A stretch of DNA of 64,000 nt, from positions 248,001-312,000 of the forward strand of contig NIVC01000841.1 in assembly GCA_002269645.1 (NCBI GenBank), in the 5' to 3' direction. Position 1 is the first letter of the stretch; every line of letters starts with the position of its first letter. The stretch comes from Macrostomum lignano (lineage: Eukaryota). A program made the position numbers and the translations under genes. Positions 24,692 to 37,259 of the stretch are shown one piece after another. The notes below the pieces were generated by a model, which was given only the letters and a program-made list of their open reading frames with translations, had not been told where the DNA came from and ran no database searches.

Positions 24692-26485
24692 ATGGACAAG
24701 GCGCTCCAAGAATCCGCACACTTCCTGAGCGTGCCAGTGCCGAGTCCAAGGACGTCGCTTCGAACCGAATCAATGCCTAATTCGCCGAAACAGCAGCCAC
24801 CGCCGAAGCTGCACCCGCAACAGCAGCATGTGCCGCATCCTCGGTGCAACAGCAGCAGCAGCAGCGCCGGCGGCAGCGGCCTCAACCGAGACCGATCTTT
24901 GAAAGGCCGCTTCTACCGCAGCAGATTTGTGGCCTCGAGCGAGTGCCTGTCTGATCCGGGCATGACGAAGCAGGCCTCACTGCCGGATCGCATGCTGCCG
25001 CCAACCTCGGCCGATAAGAGGTCTGCGGCGGCTGCAGCGGCGATCGCAGCAGCCTCGCGGGCGGCAACGCGGATTGCCTCGCCGGCGCTGAAGCCGCGAT
25101 CCGGATCTCAGAAGCACAGCAAGCTGCCCTTCATCAGGCACTTCAAACGGTTCAACAGCAGTAAAAATGTCGAAGACTGGAGCTCGGAGACGTTCCGCTC
25201 CAACTCGCTTCTACAAGACGCTAATCGGCTCTACGAGGCAGTCGAGCACAACGACGTAGCCGCGGCTAAAGCGATTCTCGCCCGTAGGCCGCTACTGAAG
25301 AACTGCATTAACGACCTGCAGCTCAGCCCGCTGGACATGGCCCTGATTAGAGGCCATCAGAGCATCGCTCTGCTCCTGCTCAGCCAGGACGCCGTGGGAA
25401 ACCCGCGCTTGCTGCACTGCATGGAGCGGCACCTGGTGGAGACGGTGCATCGCCTAGCCGAAGAGATGGTCAGCGCATCCGCCAAGCTGATCAGCCGTTC
25501 GTCCACCAGCAGCAGTCAGGACGCCGAAGAGGAGCTGGAGAGCCTGGAGCACAGCCACCGTCTGGCGCAGCAGCTGCTTGCGGACTTTCGCCTCGCGCCG
25601 CCGGCTCCGACGCCAGCCTGCGTCAGCTTGGAGGTCTCAGGCCTGGAGTCGCTCAAGGTGATGGTGACTCCACAGCCGGCCTGGGCGGTGGTTCGCTACC
25701 GCATCGAGTGGGCGCACAGCGAAGCCTTCAGCCCGCTGCTGGGACATCGCGAAGTTGAAGGCCGCCTGCCACGGGCCGTCTATCAAATCCACCGCCTGCC
25801 TCCGGGTCAGCCGGTCTTCGTCCGTGTCGCCGCGTTTAACCTGATCGGCTGGAGCGTCGCGAAGGCCTCCCTGCCGCCCTGCCTGGCACCGTCCGCCTGG
25901 TGGCAGGTGGCCGGACCGGCCGCAGCGTGTCCGAGGCCGGACAGCCCGACAGGTGCCGAGGTTGCCGAGCTGCGTAACTCGGCAGCCGACGAGCTGACTG
26001 CCTGGCTAGCCGGCAGCGAAGACGTCGAGACAGCGTCGGCTTCGTCCTCTTGTGCACCAGCTGGCGGCCCGTCTCAGGCCTCCGATGTCGCTTCGTCCTC
26101 GCATGCGACTGCCGCGGTGAACCGATCGCCGATCAAGAAGCGATCCAGCCTGCACAAACTCTTCTCCGGCACTAACAAGTTCGTTCGCCGGCCGAAGCAG
26201 GGACTCTACCTGACCATGCTGATGCACACCGGTGAGAAACTGCTGCTCAACGAGGACTCGCTGCCGCACACCCCGATAGAGTCGGAGTTGGCAAAGCCAG
26301 CCGGCCTGCAGGCTGAGCTGGTCTGGCTCAACCGGCTGATCTCAGACGGTGCGGCCCTGCGGCCGCTGTCCCTGCGCTTGGAACGGCTGGCAGCGCCTCC
26401 AGGCTCCCAACAGCTGCTGCGACTGGCGCTGCTGCAGGCCGCGCGCCGACTACAGGAAGCTCTAGGCACCTGCCAGCTGGGCCAG
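24692..26485 (+). CDS. ANKFN1: Ankyrin repeat and fibronectin type III domain protein (ANKFN1 / wide awake-like), exon 1
   Basis: LYEAVEHND, SPLDMALIRGH ankyrin; FN3 with YRIEW and VRVAAFNLIGW; LF..KF.R..KQGLYL; donor CAG/gtaacc. Confidence 0.82.
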
Positions 26486-26684
26486 GTAACCAACTTGGAT
26501 AACCTGCATATCAATTTAACTGTTTTGAAGCTGAGATTTTGCCAGTGTAGTAATAAAAGCCCGGAAACTTCTTATCTTGTCAATCTATGTTTGGCGCAGA
26601 CCTGCCTCCGATGTACCCAAGTAGCCACAGTAGAAAGATCTTGTCGATTACAATGTTTGCCTTCATGCGCTTCAAAATTGTCAG

Positions 26685-27739
26685 GTGTACCCTAGCATCC
26701 TCGGCAGCGGCGACGCTGCATCTCCAGCCTCCGCTACATCGGCCCGCTTCATCGTGCTCGTCTGCCGGCAGGCCTCCACCCGCCGGGCGGACCCGCCAGC
26801 GGCCTTCCGCTGGTCTTCGCTGGCCACACTTGGCCGGGCAGCCAGCGAGGATCCCGTGCTAGCCGGACACCTGGACGAACTGGTATCATTTTCAACGCGT
26901 TCCCTTGTCGGCTTGGATGCCGGACTCTACCTGGGCTACCTGAAGCTCTACAGCTCACTAGACAGTGTCAGTATTTTGGTAGACAATGGCCAACCAAACT
27001 GCGTGCCCTGCGTTCGACTGCGATCCAACTCGCACGTCAGCGAAAAAGAATGGCGCCAGGTGGCTTGCGACTCGGACTCTGGCGGGGCGGGGTTCAGCGG
27101 CAGCTTTCGGCGACTACTACGAGCGGGACTGGACCGACTGTGTTGCGAGCAGTTGCAGCTGAGCAGCGACAGGCGCGGCCTGCGAGCCCGCATGCGATTT
27201 TACACTGGCGGAGTCATCCAGCTGACACCGCGGCTCAGCCTGCTGCTGGTTTTTCCTCCGGCCGAGCAGGTCTGCGACCCGCCTGGCGGCCCGGACGGCT
27301 CCCCCGCCCTGCCGCCCGGCTGCTCCCGCCTGCCGTTGAGTCACTTCGAGCATCTCAGCTTGAGCACCTACGCTAGCCGATGGTATCCGGATTTGGCAGC
27401 GCTCGGAGCTCAACTGGAACTAGTCATCGCCATCGCGATGCACGCCCAGCGACAGGCGTTCACCGATGCCGAGATGGCGGTCGCCAGGGCTCGCCTGACG
27501 CGGCTGCAGGCGCTGCAGTCTCGCCAAGAGGCCGCCTGCCGGGCGCACCGATGGACCGGCGCTGTTATCAGCGCCGCCCGCGACCGCAGCGGCCAGGCGA
27601 GCTGCGTTCGGCTTTGCGAGCGGCCGTCCTCGCCGGCCTCGCCGCTTCCGTCGCCGTCGTCGCCTGGCGCGATCGCCCTGCATGCTGGCTCGTCATCAGC
27701 GGCAACGCTGTCCGTGTTCTTCCCGCCAAACTGCTCAAC

Positions 27740-27776
<37 letters not shown>

Positions 27777-28148
27777 TGTTGCCTGAGCCCTACCAGCATC
27801 CGGGTGCATGCAGACTACGTTCCCGAGCTGGCATCAGCCGTAGTCACGCTTCAGGTGACCAGCCAGACTTCGGCTCGAGAAATCTGCCACCGTGTGGTTG
27901 CTCACGTGAACAAACTGGCTCTGTCTGCTGACCTCTCCGGCTCGCCCTACTATCCGCCGTCCGAGTTCGACCACTTCAGCCTGGTGGCCTGCCTCGGCGA
28001 GCTCGACCGTCCGTTGCCGCACGACTTTCAACCGCTGCTGATGCTGCAGTCGCCCTGGACGGACTCTCGCCTCTGCGTCCGGCACAAATCTGAATTGTTG
28101 CCTGCGTGGTCTGCCGGGGACGCCGATTCAGGTGTTATCGATTTGTGA
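26685..28148 (+). CDS. ANKFN1: ANKFN1-like exon 2 with C-terminal Ras-association-like domain (spliced product about 1085 aa)
   Basis: tgtcag acceptor in phase 0; LYLGYLKLYSSLDSVSILV; IRVHADY...VTSQTSAREI; poly-Q near 27741-27776. Confidence 0.82.
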
Positions 28149-31100
28149 CTTTGTAGAATGTCTCGGAATACCCATGTTCATATTATGGACAGCTAAAGTA
28201 CGTTTAGAAGGAAGTTACCCTCTCATTCGTAGGTTTTTAATGGAAAAGGCATTGGCAAGATCTGACAACCCTCGGAACTTTTGAGCTGCAAACGGAGCCA
28301 GTATGTCTTTTTTAACGCGGTAAAGCGTCCGACTCTCAAGCCACGACCCAGCTCCTTGCGATCCTGCGATTCGAACCCATGAGGGGCAACTCCTAAAGCA
28401 CAGAGAGTGTACATACCGGACCGATTAGAAAGTCATGGCCGCTGTACACCTGTGTGAGCGTGTGTGCGTGCCTGAGTGGGACGATTAGGTCCAATTACGG
28501 TCCTAAGCCGGGGCCTTGTGACGCAATTTGCATCACCCACAGTTGAGACGAGAACCGCATGTGAATTGCGTCACTTAAGCCTGCAATCTGACAAAAGTTG
28601 AGAACTGATTAAGGGGGGGGGGGCGGAAGCTTCTGTGTTGCTGGATGTACATATAGCAAAGCTCTCTTTACTAGACTACTACACGTATAATTTTTGTTGT
28701 CAACTTTAACCATGACCTCGAAAATTTTTTGTTTATTTTCACTTTTTTGCGTTCCTAAAACACCTCAACAAGATTTATTTTGCAACATGCAGGTAGCCCA
28801 TAGAAAGTTTCATTCTTGTCTGTCATTTTTGTAAAAAAATTTATTCAAAGAACAGATTAGTTGTGGCCCAATTATGTTATTTTCTAAGATTTATTACGCA
28901 GAATTTCTTAATACGCGCACTGCACTCGTAGCATCACAAATAGCGTTGGTATGGCTACATGATTAAAATGACTGTAGCAATAGTTTTACTCTGTAGCACA
29001 GTACCAACTATTATGGTACCAAAGCATCGACCGTTTTTGTTGTTAAATAGATTTAAAAAAATTAAATTTCACAAGTCCAGTGTATTAAACAAGTACATCA
29101 TGTACTGTATTGTCTTAATTCTGCATTGCGTGCAAGAAAGCCGAATGGATTTGTGATGCTTGCCAAATTTGGCATGATTTCAGCCAAATCCCCTGCTGCC
29201 CGTGGTCAGCCTGATCTGGGGGGATTTGGGATATGGGCAGCATTAGGTAGAAAAACTTAGCATGCACTGATAAGTTCTGCACCAGGTTACACCTGGACCT
29301 GTGTCAGCATGTAAGCCATTTCTGCAGGGCGTCTGGCGCGATCACGTGGTGGCTTTATATATTTATTCGCCCACGCAGTTATTGGATATCTTATGCTTGT
29401 GCAATCTGATACGGACTTCTACTCGTACAGAAAATTAGAAATATCTACAGCTTGTAACCTAATTTTGTTTTATTTGGGCAGACAGTGCAGCCAAAAAAAG
29501 ATAATACACGGTGCTCCGTTTGCCCCCAAATTGTAGTTGTAGTTGTCTGTGCACCGTAGCCTCCGCACCATCATCCATACACGAGGCTGGATTTGAATGC
29601 CGAAGATAAAGAAGGGTGAAAAGGGCGATCAACTGAGGTCACATGATCGTGTGCCTGTAGGCACCTGTCTATATACGTGTTTAATTATATGCAGCTTTAT
29701 CTAGCCAAATGCGTTCAGAATTTTTAAATCTCTAGACGAGAAACCGTCGAAAGAAAGCAGGGTCAGAAAATTTACGTGTGTGCAGCGTGCACAGTGTAAA
29801 TTAATGGGAAAACCATTAGATTAACAAATTCAAAACGGTTCAATTTCAAAACGCGTGTCTGAGTACGAAGGGAATGGGCGTGTGACTGCCTGCATGCCGC
29901 CTTGACTCACGGCAGTACCAAATAGCCGTTTTAACAAACTAACACCTGAACAGCAATCCAAACGCCGGGGTTAAAAAATCTCCTTGTTAGCCTTCTTGTG
30001 TATAATATTGCGCATAGTATTATTATTATTATTATTATTCTACGTATATAGTTAAGTGGAGAGTTGCTGCTCAAGATTCTGGCGTTTGAAGACTGTCTTA
30101 GGCCACATGTGCACACATGCAGATAGTTTTCAAGGCATTTCGCCAGGTACCTATACTAATTATATAATTAATCAGGACACAAACGCGCGCACCCTACGCA
30201 AAAGAAGGCGATTGAAGCAAAGTTGACTAGATATCCAGGCCACTCTGCCCCAAAGCTGTCGTCGTATCAGCCAAAATTGCTTTTAGCTATAAAAGAATAT
30301 TGCGTAAAATAAAATAAGTCGTCAAACGAAACTGTATAAAAATGGATTGTCGCTTTTTCATTTGCTAATTAGTTTTGGTCCGAAGCATTTCTGCACCTAG
30401 CGCTATCGAATATACACTAAGTAACATCGAAAAGTTGCCATCACAGAAGATTTCGTCTGTGGTCGCCACTTTTGAGAGCGCAGGTAAAGTCTCTCAATCT
30501 TTGCGAGTGACGCAACTTAGCTACGCCGCGGCAGACTTGAGTTGAAGCGGTTAGCGAGGGTTGGACGGATTAAAGCTACCCCTCATTTTCTCGCATCTTT
30601 TATTGCAGAATAGTCCAAGAGAAATTGCTCACTGGCGCATAGAGTGGCGACTTTTCAATGTTGCTAAATAATTACTGAACTGACTGGCTATACAGAGTCA
30701 TCTTCAATTTTTTAACCACTTAACATTTTTGCTTTAGTCGAAAGGAATTTTCACCTGCTGGAACAGAGGCTCATTTGTCGGACAGATCGAGCTCATGTTT
30801 TGGAGAGAAGGTGCGGTGTCACTTGTTAGACAGCATAAGGTCACTCTAGCCGGTTTGCCAAGCTAAATTGAAGCATCGATATTTCATCGTTATCGTTACT
30901 TCTTCAATAATCACACCTGTTACAGGTGGGCACTTCAATAGCTTGTATCAGACTGATTCTGTACGTGACTGGGACGAAAGTATAATTCGGATTTCAGACA
31001 GGGGGGCAGGATGGAGAGGAGGTCGGTTAGTCTGCGGTAATTACTAGTCCAGCCATCGGCCCAAAGAAAGGAGAGGACGGCAGGAGACAGCGAGATCAGA

Positions 31101-32676
31101 GGCTTCAGCGCGGAGCACGAAAGAACTTGCCTTTAGGAAAGGACAGGCTGCTGTTGCTAAACGGGCGGCATGTGTGCGCATGCGAAACTCCCTTGTCACA
31201 CAGCTCAAGTGAATGAGAGGGCCATGCAGCAGTCTAAAAGGGAGACGCAAGATAATTCCTATGACTGCATGACTGCAATTTCGACCCTTCTCCTCATCTA
31301 TTTAAAACTTTGCTGGCTTGTAGGCTATGTTTTGACTTGCTGCTCCCCCGAGCGTCTTTCTTGTCCTCCGCGACTAACAAGGAAGCTGCAGGGCGTTGCT
31401 TCTCATTGCAATCAAATCGTCATAGACGACGAAAAGAACGAAGCTTCAGGTGGAGAGGCAGAAGAAGCGCAGGGAAAGAAAGGATCAAGAAAGTGGGTGG
31501 GCGCAATATAATTTGCGACTGTCACCTGCTGCTTAGGTAAAAGCAGAAGCAGATATACACGCTCACGCAATGGCAGAAAATTATACTCGCTAAAATGCAC
31601 ATATTCTACATACTGCAGCACAGGTTGCATCAGGTGTCATCAAGACAAGGAGACAATTGCATTGAATCATTTGTTTAACTGCGACCAGAAAGCTTTCTAT
31701 ACCTCAGAAATTGACGCTAATTCAGTTACAAAACATTTAGCGAAAAACTCTTGCTTAAGGAACTTTATAGACTTTACTTGTACAGCACACGAGGACATTC
31801 CAAGGATTTAAAACCCATGACCCAGTGGTCCGATAGCGAGTAAGTACGAGTAAATCGTACGCCAAAACAGATGTCATTAGCAGTTGCGAGTTCCCTTGTT
31901 CACTTCGGCAACTTTTACTTGGCTATTAGCTGCCAAACTCGAATTGTTAGGGCCGCTGAACCCGGACAAACCATTCAAAACGAACGAGGCAACCTGAATA
32001 TAAAACACCTGCGTAACGTTGCTGCACATAAATTTCGGGGGCGAGAGCTGAACGAGTCGAACCAAAATTGAATCCCTCGATTTCGTAATTTCAGGTTGTT
32101 CAAGAAGCAAAATGACGGATTTTGCGGGCGAAGGGGGGCTATGCGCGAACATTATTATTTCATAGTAATCCCCGATTGATATCCACTGATAGCTAATGAC
32201 CATGAAAGTCTGCTCTGTAATTAGCAACCTGGTTTTTGCGTGCAGGTTTTTATCTGAGAAAAGATCAGGTGTCGATTGGGTAGCGGATAATCACGAGACA
32301 GATGTTCACGAAGAATAATGAATGCACTGAAACTTGCTCAAATTTGCTTGCTACCGATGTCTTATCAGTCGGTGTATGCGGTCGCAGTGTAGGCAAATAC
32401 CGATCGTATTTTTACCAAGCTTTATTAAGCACCGTGACAAGTCATGACCAAGAGAGATAAGGATAGTCTAATTATTAAAGACCGCCGGACAACCAATATC
32501 AAGAAGCATAAAAATCTAATAAAACTGTTTGATGACCTCTTGCTTAGCTTACAACTTGTTCTGTTTACTGATCCAAGTCTTATTTGCCAATCTTTTATTA
32601 GCGATGTGAAGCAGATATGACTCGCGCATAAAAGCGGAATGCATCTCATAAAATAGCTCTCATTTTGTGAATCAAA

Positions 32677-34440
32677 ATGGAAAAAGAGTTGGCGCAGGTC
32701 CTACACTCAGACGACATATCCCGGCTGAAGTGTCTGCTGCTCCAGGTGGACAAAACAACCTGGGTAGCCGACAAACTTCTGCTTAGAAAGCTGTGGACGC
32801 CAACGTGTCAAGAGGTAAAAACCTGTAGCGACAGCGCTGAATTTCTTAAAGCACATTCGACTTTGCTGGAAGTAGCTTTCTGCTGCCTGTCCTCTAACTG
32901 TCTGCATTATTTGCTAGCAAACTACGGCACAATCAATTTGAGAAAAAACGACTGCAAAGTTTGTCCACTACATTGCCTGATAAGTGGACTGGCCTTAGCT
33001 AAAACAAACTCCAGCTGGAAGGCTGAGGCGGCAGTGCTGTTACTTGATCAACTGCGCAATCAACATTGGAATCTGCTGCTGCAATGCATGGATGCCGAAT
33101 CTATTTGTGGATACAATGCACTAGAGTGGGCGGTGATTAATAGACAATTTCGAATCGCGCACTGGATTTTAGACTCGCCCAGATACATAATCAGTGTCCA
33201 ATATGACCTCGGAGTGAAAAAGTGCACGCTGGACTTGACTGACTACAGCTTCCCGTGGGGTGAGCGGCAGTATCGAAACCCGCTAAACACCCTATCGGAG
33301 ATTGTAGGCGAGAACGTCAATGTTGACAAAGATGTGAAAAACTTCATGGATTCGACAATTGTCTCCAGCTGGACTGAGCACATGACTAGCAAATCTAGGA
33401 AGCTGATGGCTGCAAAGATTCTCATCATGGCATTTTGCAAGATACATTTTGTCATGTTAGGCAGCCTGTCGATGTACAGAAGTGTTTACTTTGGTCCAAA
33501 TTACCGGGAAGCATTGTCAAGCAATTGGACGAAGCAATGCGCCATGCTGAACATTTTCAAGGCACTGTCAGAGTCAGATAGTATATTCCACACGGTAAAT
33601 TCTCTATCATATATAAGTACCATACTGATGACTTTCGAAGCATTGTTAGTATTCACGTTCGTGGTGATCTATTTGTGCGTAACCAAGTCTGGAACTCCCA
33701 GTTGGCGGCTAATCCTCAACAGCACAGTAATGGAGCCAAAGTTCACACTGTCCTTTGTATTCATTATATCCGTTGCTTCCGTTATGTACGTGTACCACAC
33801 AATGAACAAGCTGCCTTTCAATTCGGTGCCAACAAACGTTGAAGAGTTCTGGAAGCAGAGCAGCGCACAAGCGTACGACATCAATGCGGTTAATATCACC
33901 GATTGGTTTGTATTCACCCTATGCTGGACAGTGCTCTTTGCCACCGCATTCGAATGGACACTACTAGCCGATCACATGTGCATGGTATGGAAGACTGCCG
34001 TGACTTTTCAAAACTTTGGCTTAGTAATATTCGTGGCAATCATACTCAGCTCCTGGATCATAGGCTCGATAGTGCCCTGCGAGCCGTCTTTCCTCTATGC
34101 GTCGAAGAACAATTTGTTGAGCATCTGGACAGCCGTGTACAAAGCCATCGTATTCGGCACCATATCCAACTTGTCAAGCAACCGACTTGGCGTATTCGCC
34201 ATGGCAATGCACGTATTGCTGTACCTGTTTTTATTCAACTTCCTAGTCGCTATTATGGCCAATCGAATATCGAGCATCTCGGCCAATTTGCACTACGTGG
34301 CACTGGGAAACAGGTTGAACATTATCTTTACCATTGAGTTTAGTCTCGCCTGGATGTTGTCGCGCCTGTACAGACGACAGTTGACACAGCAGCGAGGGAC
34401 GGCGAAGAAAATCCTATTAATCAGTTTGACGAGACACTGA
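32677..34440 (+). CDS. Divergent intronless TRPV-like channel (degenerate ankyrin N-terminus plus multi-TM region), 587 aa
   Basis: CPLHCL and GYNALEWAV ankyrin-like segments; QYDLG..LDLTDY..PLNTLSEIV..SSW resembles the TRPV pre-S1 linker; S6-like LFLFNFLVAIMAN; downstream AATAAA. Confidence 0.6.
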   Translation: MEKELAQVLHSDDISRLKCLLLQVDKTTWVADKLLLRKLWTPTCQEVKTCSDSAEFLKAHSTLLEVAFCCLSSNCLHYLLANYGTINLRKNDCKVCPLHCLISGLALAKTNSSWKAEAAVLLLDQLRNQHWNLLLQCMDAESICGYNALEWAVINRQFRIAHWILDSPRYIISVQYDLGVKKCTLDLTDYSFPWGERQYRNPLNTLSEIVGENVNVDKDVKNFMDSTIVSSWTEHMTSKSRKLMAAKILIMAFCKIHFVMLGSLSMYRSVYFGPNYREALSSNWTKQCAMLNIFKALSESDSIFHTVNSLSYISTILMTFEALLVFTFVVIYLCVTKSGTPSWRLILNSTVMEPKFTLSFVFIISVASVMYVYHTMNKLPFNSVPTNVEEFWKQSSAQAYDINAVNITDWFVFTLCWTVLFATAFEWTLLADHMCMVWKTAVTFQNFGLVIFVAIILSSWIIGSIVPCEPSFLYASKNNLLSIWTAVYKAIVFGTISNLSSNRLGVFAMAMHVLLYLFLFNFLVAIMANRISSISANLHYVALGNRLNIIFTIEFSLAWMLSRLYRRQLTQQRGTAKKILLISLTRH

Positions 34441-35149
34441 GTGTTTTCGGTGATTAAGCCATAAATAATAAAAAATATATACGCTAAGAGATCTGCTAAC
34501 ATTATATATAATTGCATCAATTATTAAGTATCAATATTACCATGCAAATAATTCTATATTTAATCACGCTACAATAAAATTTCTATAGGACAAGACGAGA
34601 ATATTATGCATATTATGCGTTGTTGCTATCCGTAATAACTCTACACAAAATTGGATATAGATGGAAAGAATTAGGAGAGGACATGTACTGAAAACAAAAC
34701 AAAATACTACAAACAACAAAACGTATTTTTAACAAAGTACGCAGTTGAATCGCTTGGAGATTTAGGCATCGGCTGGTTAATCAATCCGTAGCATTGATAT
34801 TTTAATTGGTCTCAAAAAGAAAGCGCGTACCGACTGATTCAATAAAATAGACAGCGCTACTTCATGATGAGAGGCAACGCTTGTAAGACTTTCTATGAAG
34901 TGTTTGTTTTTTATTCAGTTTTTTAATGCAATCAACACCCGAAATTTCAATGCAATCAACACCCATAACTTCAAAATACCTTTTTTTATAGAGGCAGGGG
35001 GGTTGTGTGCACCCTGGCGCACTTTAAGCGACATAGGCACACAACCGGCGAGAGGCATTACTGCCCATTCCGCCGACTCCCCTGAGCAGGCATACAAGCG
35101 CGCGGATACGTACGCAGGCACACACTCACACAGGAGTGCACAGCGGCCC

Positions 35150-35337
35150 TAACTTTATTTTATCGTTAGGCATGTACACTTCACTGCGCCTTGGGGGTTG
35201 GCTCTCAAGGCCGTTAATTGCACGAGCAGACCCAAGCCGAGATTCCAATTCAGCTCCAAATTAATGTGACTGCACTTGGAATCGAGCCTGGGTCGCTGGC
35301 ACACCAGAGCCTGCGCTAAACCGCTGGGCTACGGCCC
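35150..35337 (-). mobile_element. tRNA-derived SINE-like element
   Basis: Minus strand begins GGGCCGTAGCCCAGCGG (A box), has GGCTCGATTCC (B-box-like) and an A-rich tail; cloverleaf incomplete. Confidence 0.5.
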
Positions 35338-35572
35338 CCCCCCCCAAAAATACATGTTACAATGGACTGATGTTTTTATCAAAATGACATTTGACATTGA
35401 CATTTTTTATCAAATTGGCAACTACGCAATCAATTTTCAGTCCCACATAGGTGAAACAAGCTTCCAAAAGCAAAATAATCACCAGAAAAACAAAGACTTA
35501 AAGATAGGTCTGTTTATTGACTTTTATAAGTAAAACTGTATATGTACCTGATGTTCACATACGGATGCATAC

Positions 35573-35965
35573 CTATTCGTCCATAGTATCATCTACAACA
35601 TCATCTTGACCAGCATCAGGAGAAGCTGAAACTCCAACTGAATCGTCAGCAATAGCAGCGGCAGAAGTGGCGCCACCAGACGCGCCACCGTTTGCCGCGC
35701 GCTTCTCAGCTCGTATCTCGTCTAATAACTGCACAGCGTCCCGCTTCAGATCCATAGTAGATTGAGCCAAACTATTGAGAAATTCGTCAATTTCGTCTAC
35801 CGTATTCTCAAGATCGGCGTATTCTGCTAGAAAATCTTCGGCATCGCTTGCGTCAGCAGGCAGTTGCTGCTGTTGCTGCCCTTCGTCTCCGCTATCATCG
35901 GTTCCGCTGCCAGTAGGGGAGGCGGCCGATCCGTTTGAAGTGGGTCTATTAGAGTTGGCTGTCAT
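35573..35965 (-). CDS. BBLN: Bublin coiled-coil / UPF0184 (C9orf16)-like protein, 130 aa
   Basis: AEYADLENTVDEIDEFLNSL...LLDEIR follows the UPF0184 pattern EY..IN..LD.I...LD.LE; ATG at 35965; AATAAA downstream. Confidence 0.7.
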   Translation of the reverse strand: MTANSNRPTSNGSAASPTGSGTDDSGDEGQQQQQLPADASDAEDFLAEYADLENTVDEIDEFLNSLAQSTMDLKRDAVQLLDEIRAEKRAANGGASGGATSAAAIADDSVGVSASPDAGQDDVVDDTMDE

Positions 35966-36419
35966 TTTGTTGCCTTTTTTGAACCTTGGGATTCTTTTAT
36001 TTAACATGAAAAACAATTGGAGACGGGACTTTAAGTAACTGAGCGTTTTTCCAAGGTAGGTAGAGAAGGAAAAGGTAACAAAGGGTAGGTAATAATGCAC
36101 ACAACCCGAAAGTTGGACCTCGGATAAGGGAGAACAAGCAAGGGGATAATTAGGGACTCTACTTTATGAGCTTAAGTTGACATAATATCCCAATTATCCC
36201 TTGCTTGTTCTCCGTTAGATTTAAGGTTAAAAATGTAAGTAATGATACTCCACTATATTCTTCCATTCGTCAGTATTCGAGCTACTATCCAAGCAAAATT
36301 AAATAAGCAACAACAAAACCAAATTATGCCACTGTGCACACTGAGCAATAAGATGTATTTATACTTGAACTGAACTTTTTCAAAAGAATTTTGTTGCTCC
36401 AATGAAGAAGAAGAAAGGT

Positions 36420-37202
36420 TCAGCTTATCTGCTTGGGCTTCAGCAGCATGATTCGAATCTCTGGACAACAGTACTCAGGATGCATATCATCAAGTGGCAC
36501 TTCGAAAGCGACTTGAAAATATTGAAGACAGGCTTTAAAGAATCTCGATTCCAATTCTGCTTTGTCCGGCCGGGCCTCGTAAGCGAATAGTACCCCAGCG
36601 TCGGTTGCTAAGCAACGCATCGCGCATAGCAACGGTTTTAAAGCGTCCTCATAGTAAAGACACTCGCACACAACTAGAAACCGTTGACCAGTTGGTGAGC
36701 ACCAGCTAGGCAAACAGTTCTTGTCGTTGTCAAGTAGACTGGCCCAGTCCAGTTCGTGACAAGTCACTAACGGCATCTTAGATTGATAATTCTTTATTGC
36801 CTCAATGTTTGCATCAATATTCTTGCGCAGCAACGGTAAGCACTCCGCCAGATCGGTGAGGCGCACTTTTTCATAGCCTAGCTGAGCCAACTTTAAGCCG
36901 ACCAGACCCGTGCCGGAGCCCAGTTCGATAACTGTAACAGAGTCCGGATTTGGAAGGCCTGCCGCGGCAACTCTGTCAAACCGATCCAACCATTGCGTCA
37001 GTGCCAGTGCGGCGTCCCAGACGACGCCGCCAACATCGCACACGCCGGCCTGCCAGATAGCGAGGCTGGTTAATCCGCTGTCGAACTCTACTACTCGACA
37101 GTAGTAGTCTGACCAACAGTCATCGCCGGGGCAGGTGGCGTCGGTGGCGGCGGCGGCAGTAACGCTCGTTTCCTTGTCGCCTGACTGTTGATCAATTAGC
37201 AT
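36420..37202 (-). CDS. VCPKMT: METTL21-family lysine methyltransferase, VCP-KMT-like
   Basis: GGVVWDAA, VIELGSGTGLVG, TDL, CECLYYE, YEAR, HPEY motifs; N-terminus uncertain. Confidence 0.82.
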   Translation of the reverse strand: MLIDQQSGDKETSVTAAAATDATCPGDDCWSDYYCRVVEFDSGLTSLAIWQAGVCDVGGVVWDAALALTQWLDRFDRVAAAGLPNPDSVTVIELGSGTGLVGLKLAQLGYEKVRLTDLAECLPLLRKNIDANIEAIKNYQSKMPLVTCHELDWASLLDNDKNCLPSWCSPTGQRFLVVCECLYYEDALKPLLCAMRCLATDAGVLFAYEARPDKAELESRFFKACLQYFQVAFEVPLDDMHPEYCCPEIRIMLLKPKQIS

Positions 37203-37259
37203 CAGTACTTTTATTTGTTTGTTCAATAATTAGTTACACACAACCAAGCCAGCAAACAA

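Noticed and set aside
28330-28440. tRNA-like fragment on the minus strand (GGTTCGAATC)
   Set aside because: Only a B box and partial arm; no cloverleaf
30300-31800. Possible decayed THAP/P-type transposase (VCGRHF near 30455-30472)
   Set aside because: Motif is followed by a stop; no continuous frame or TIRs found
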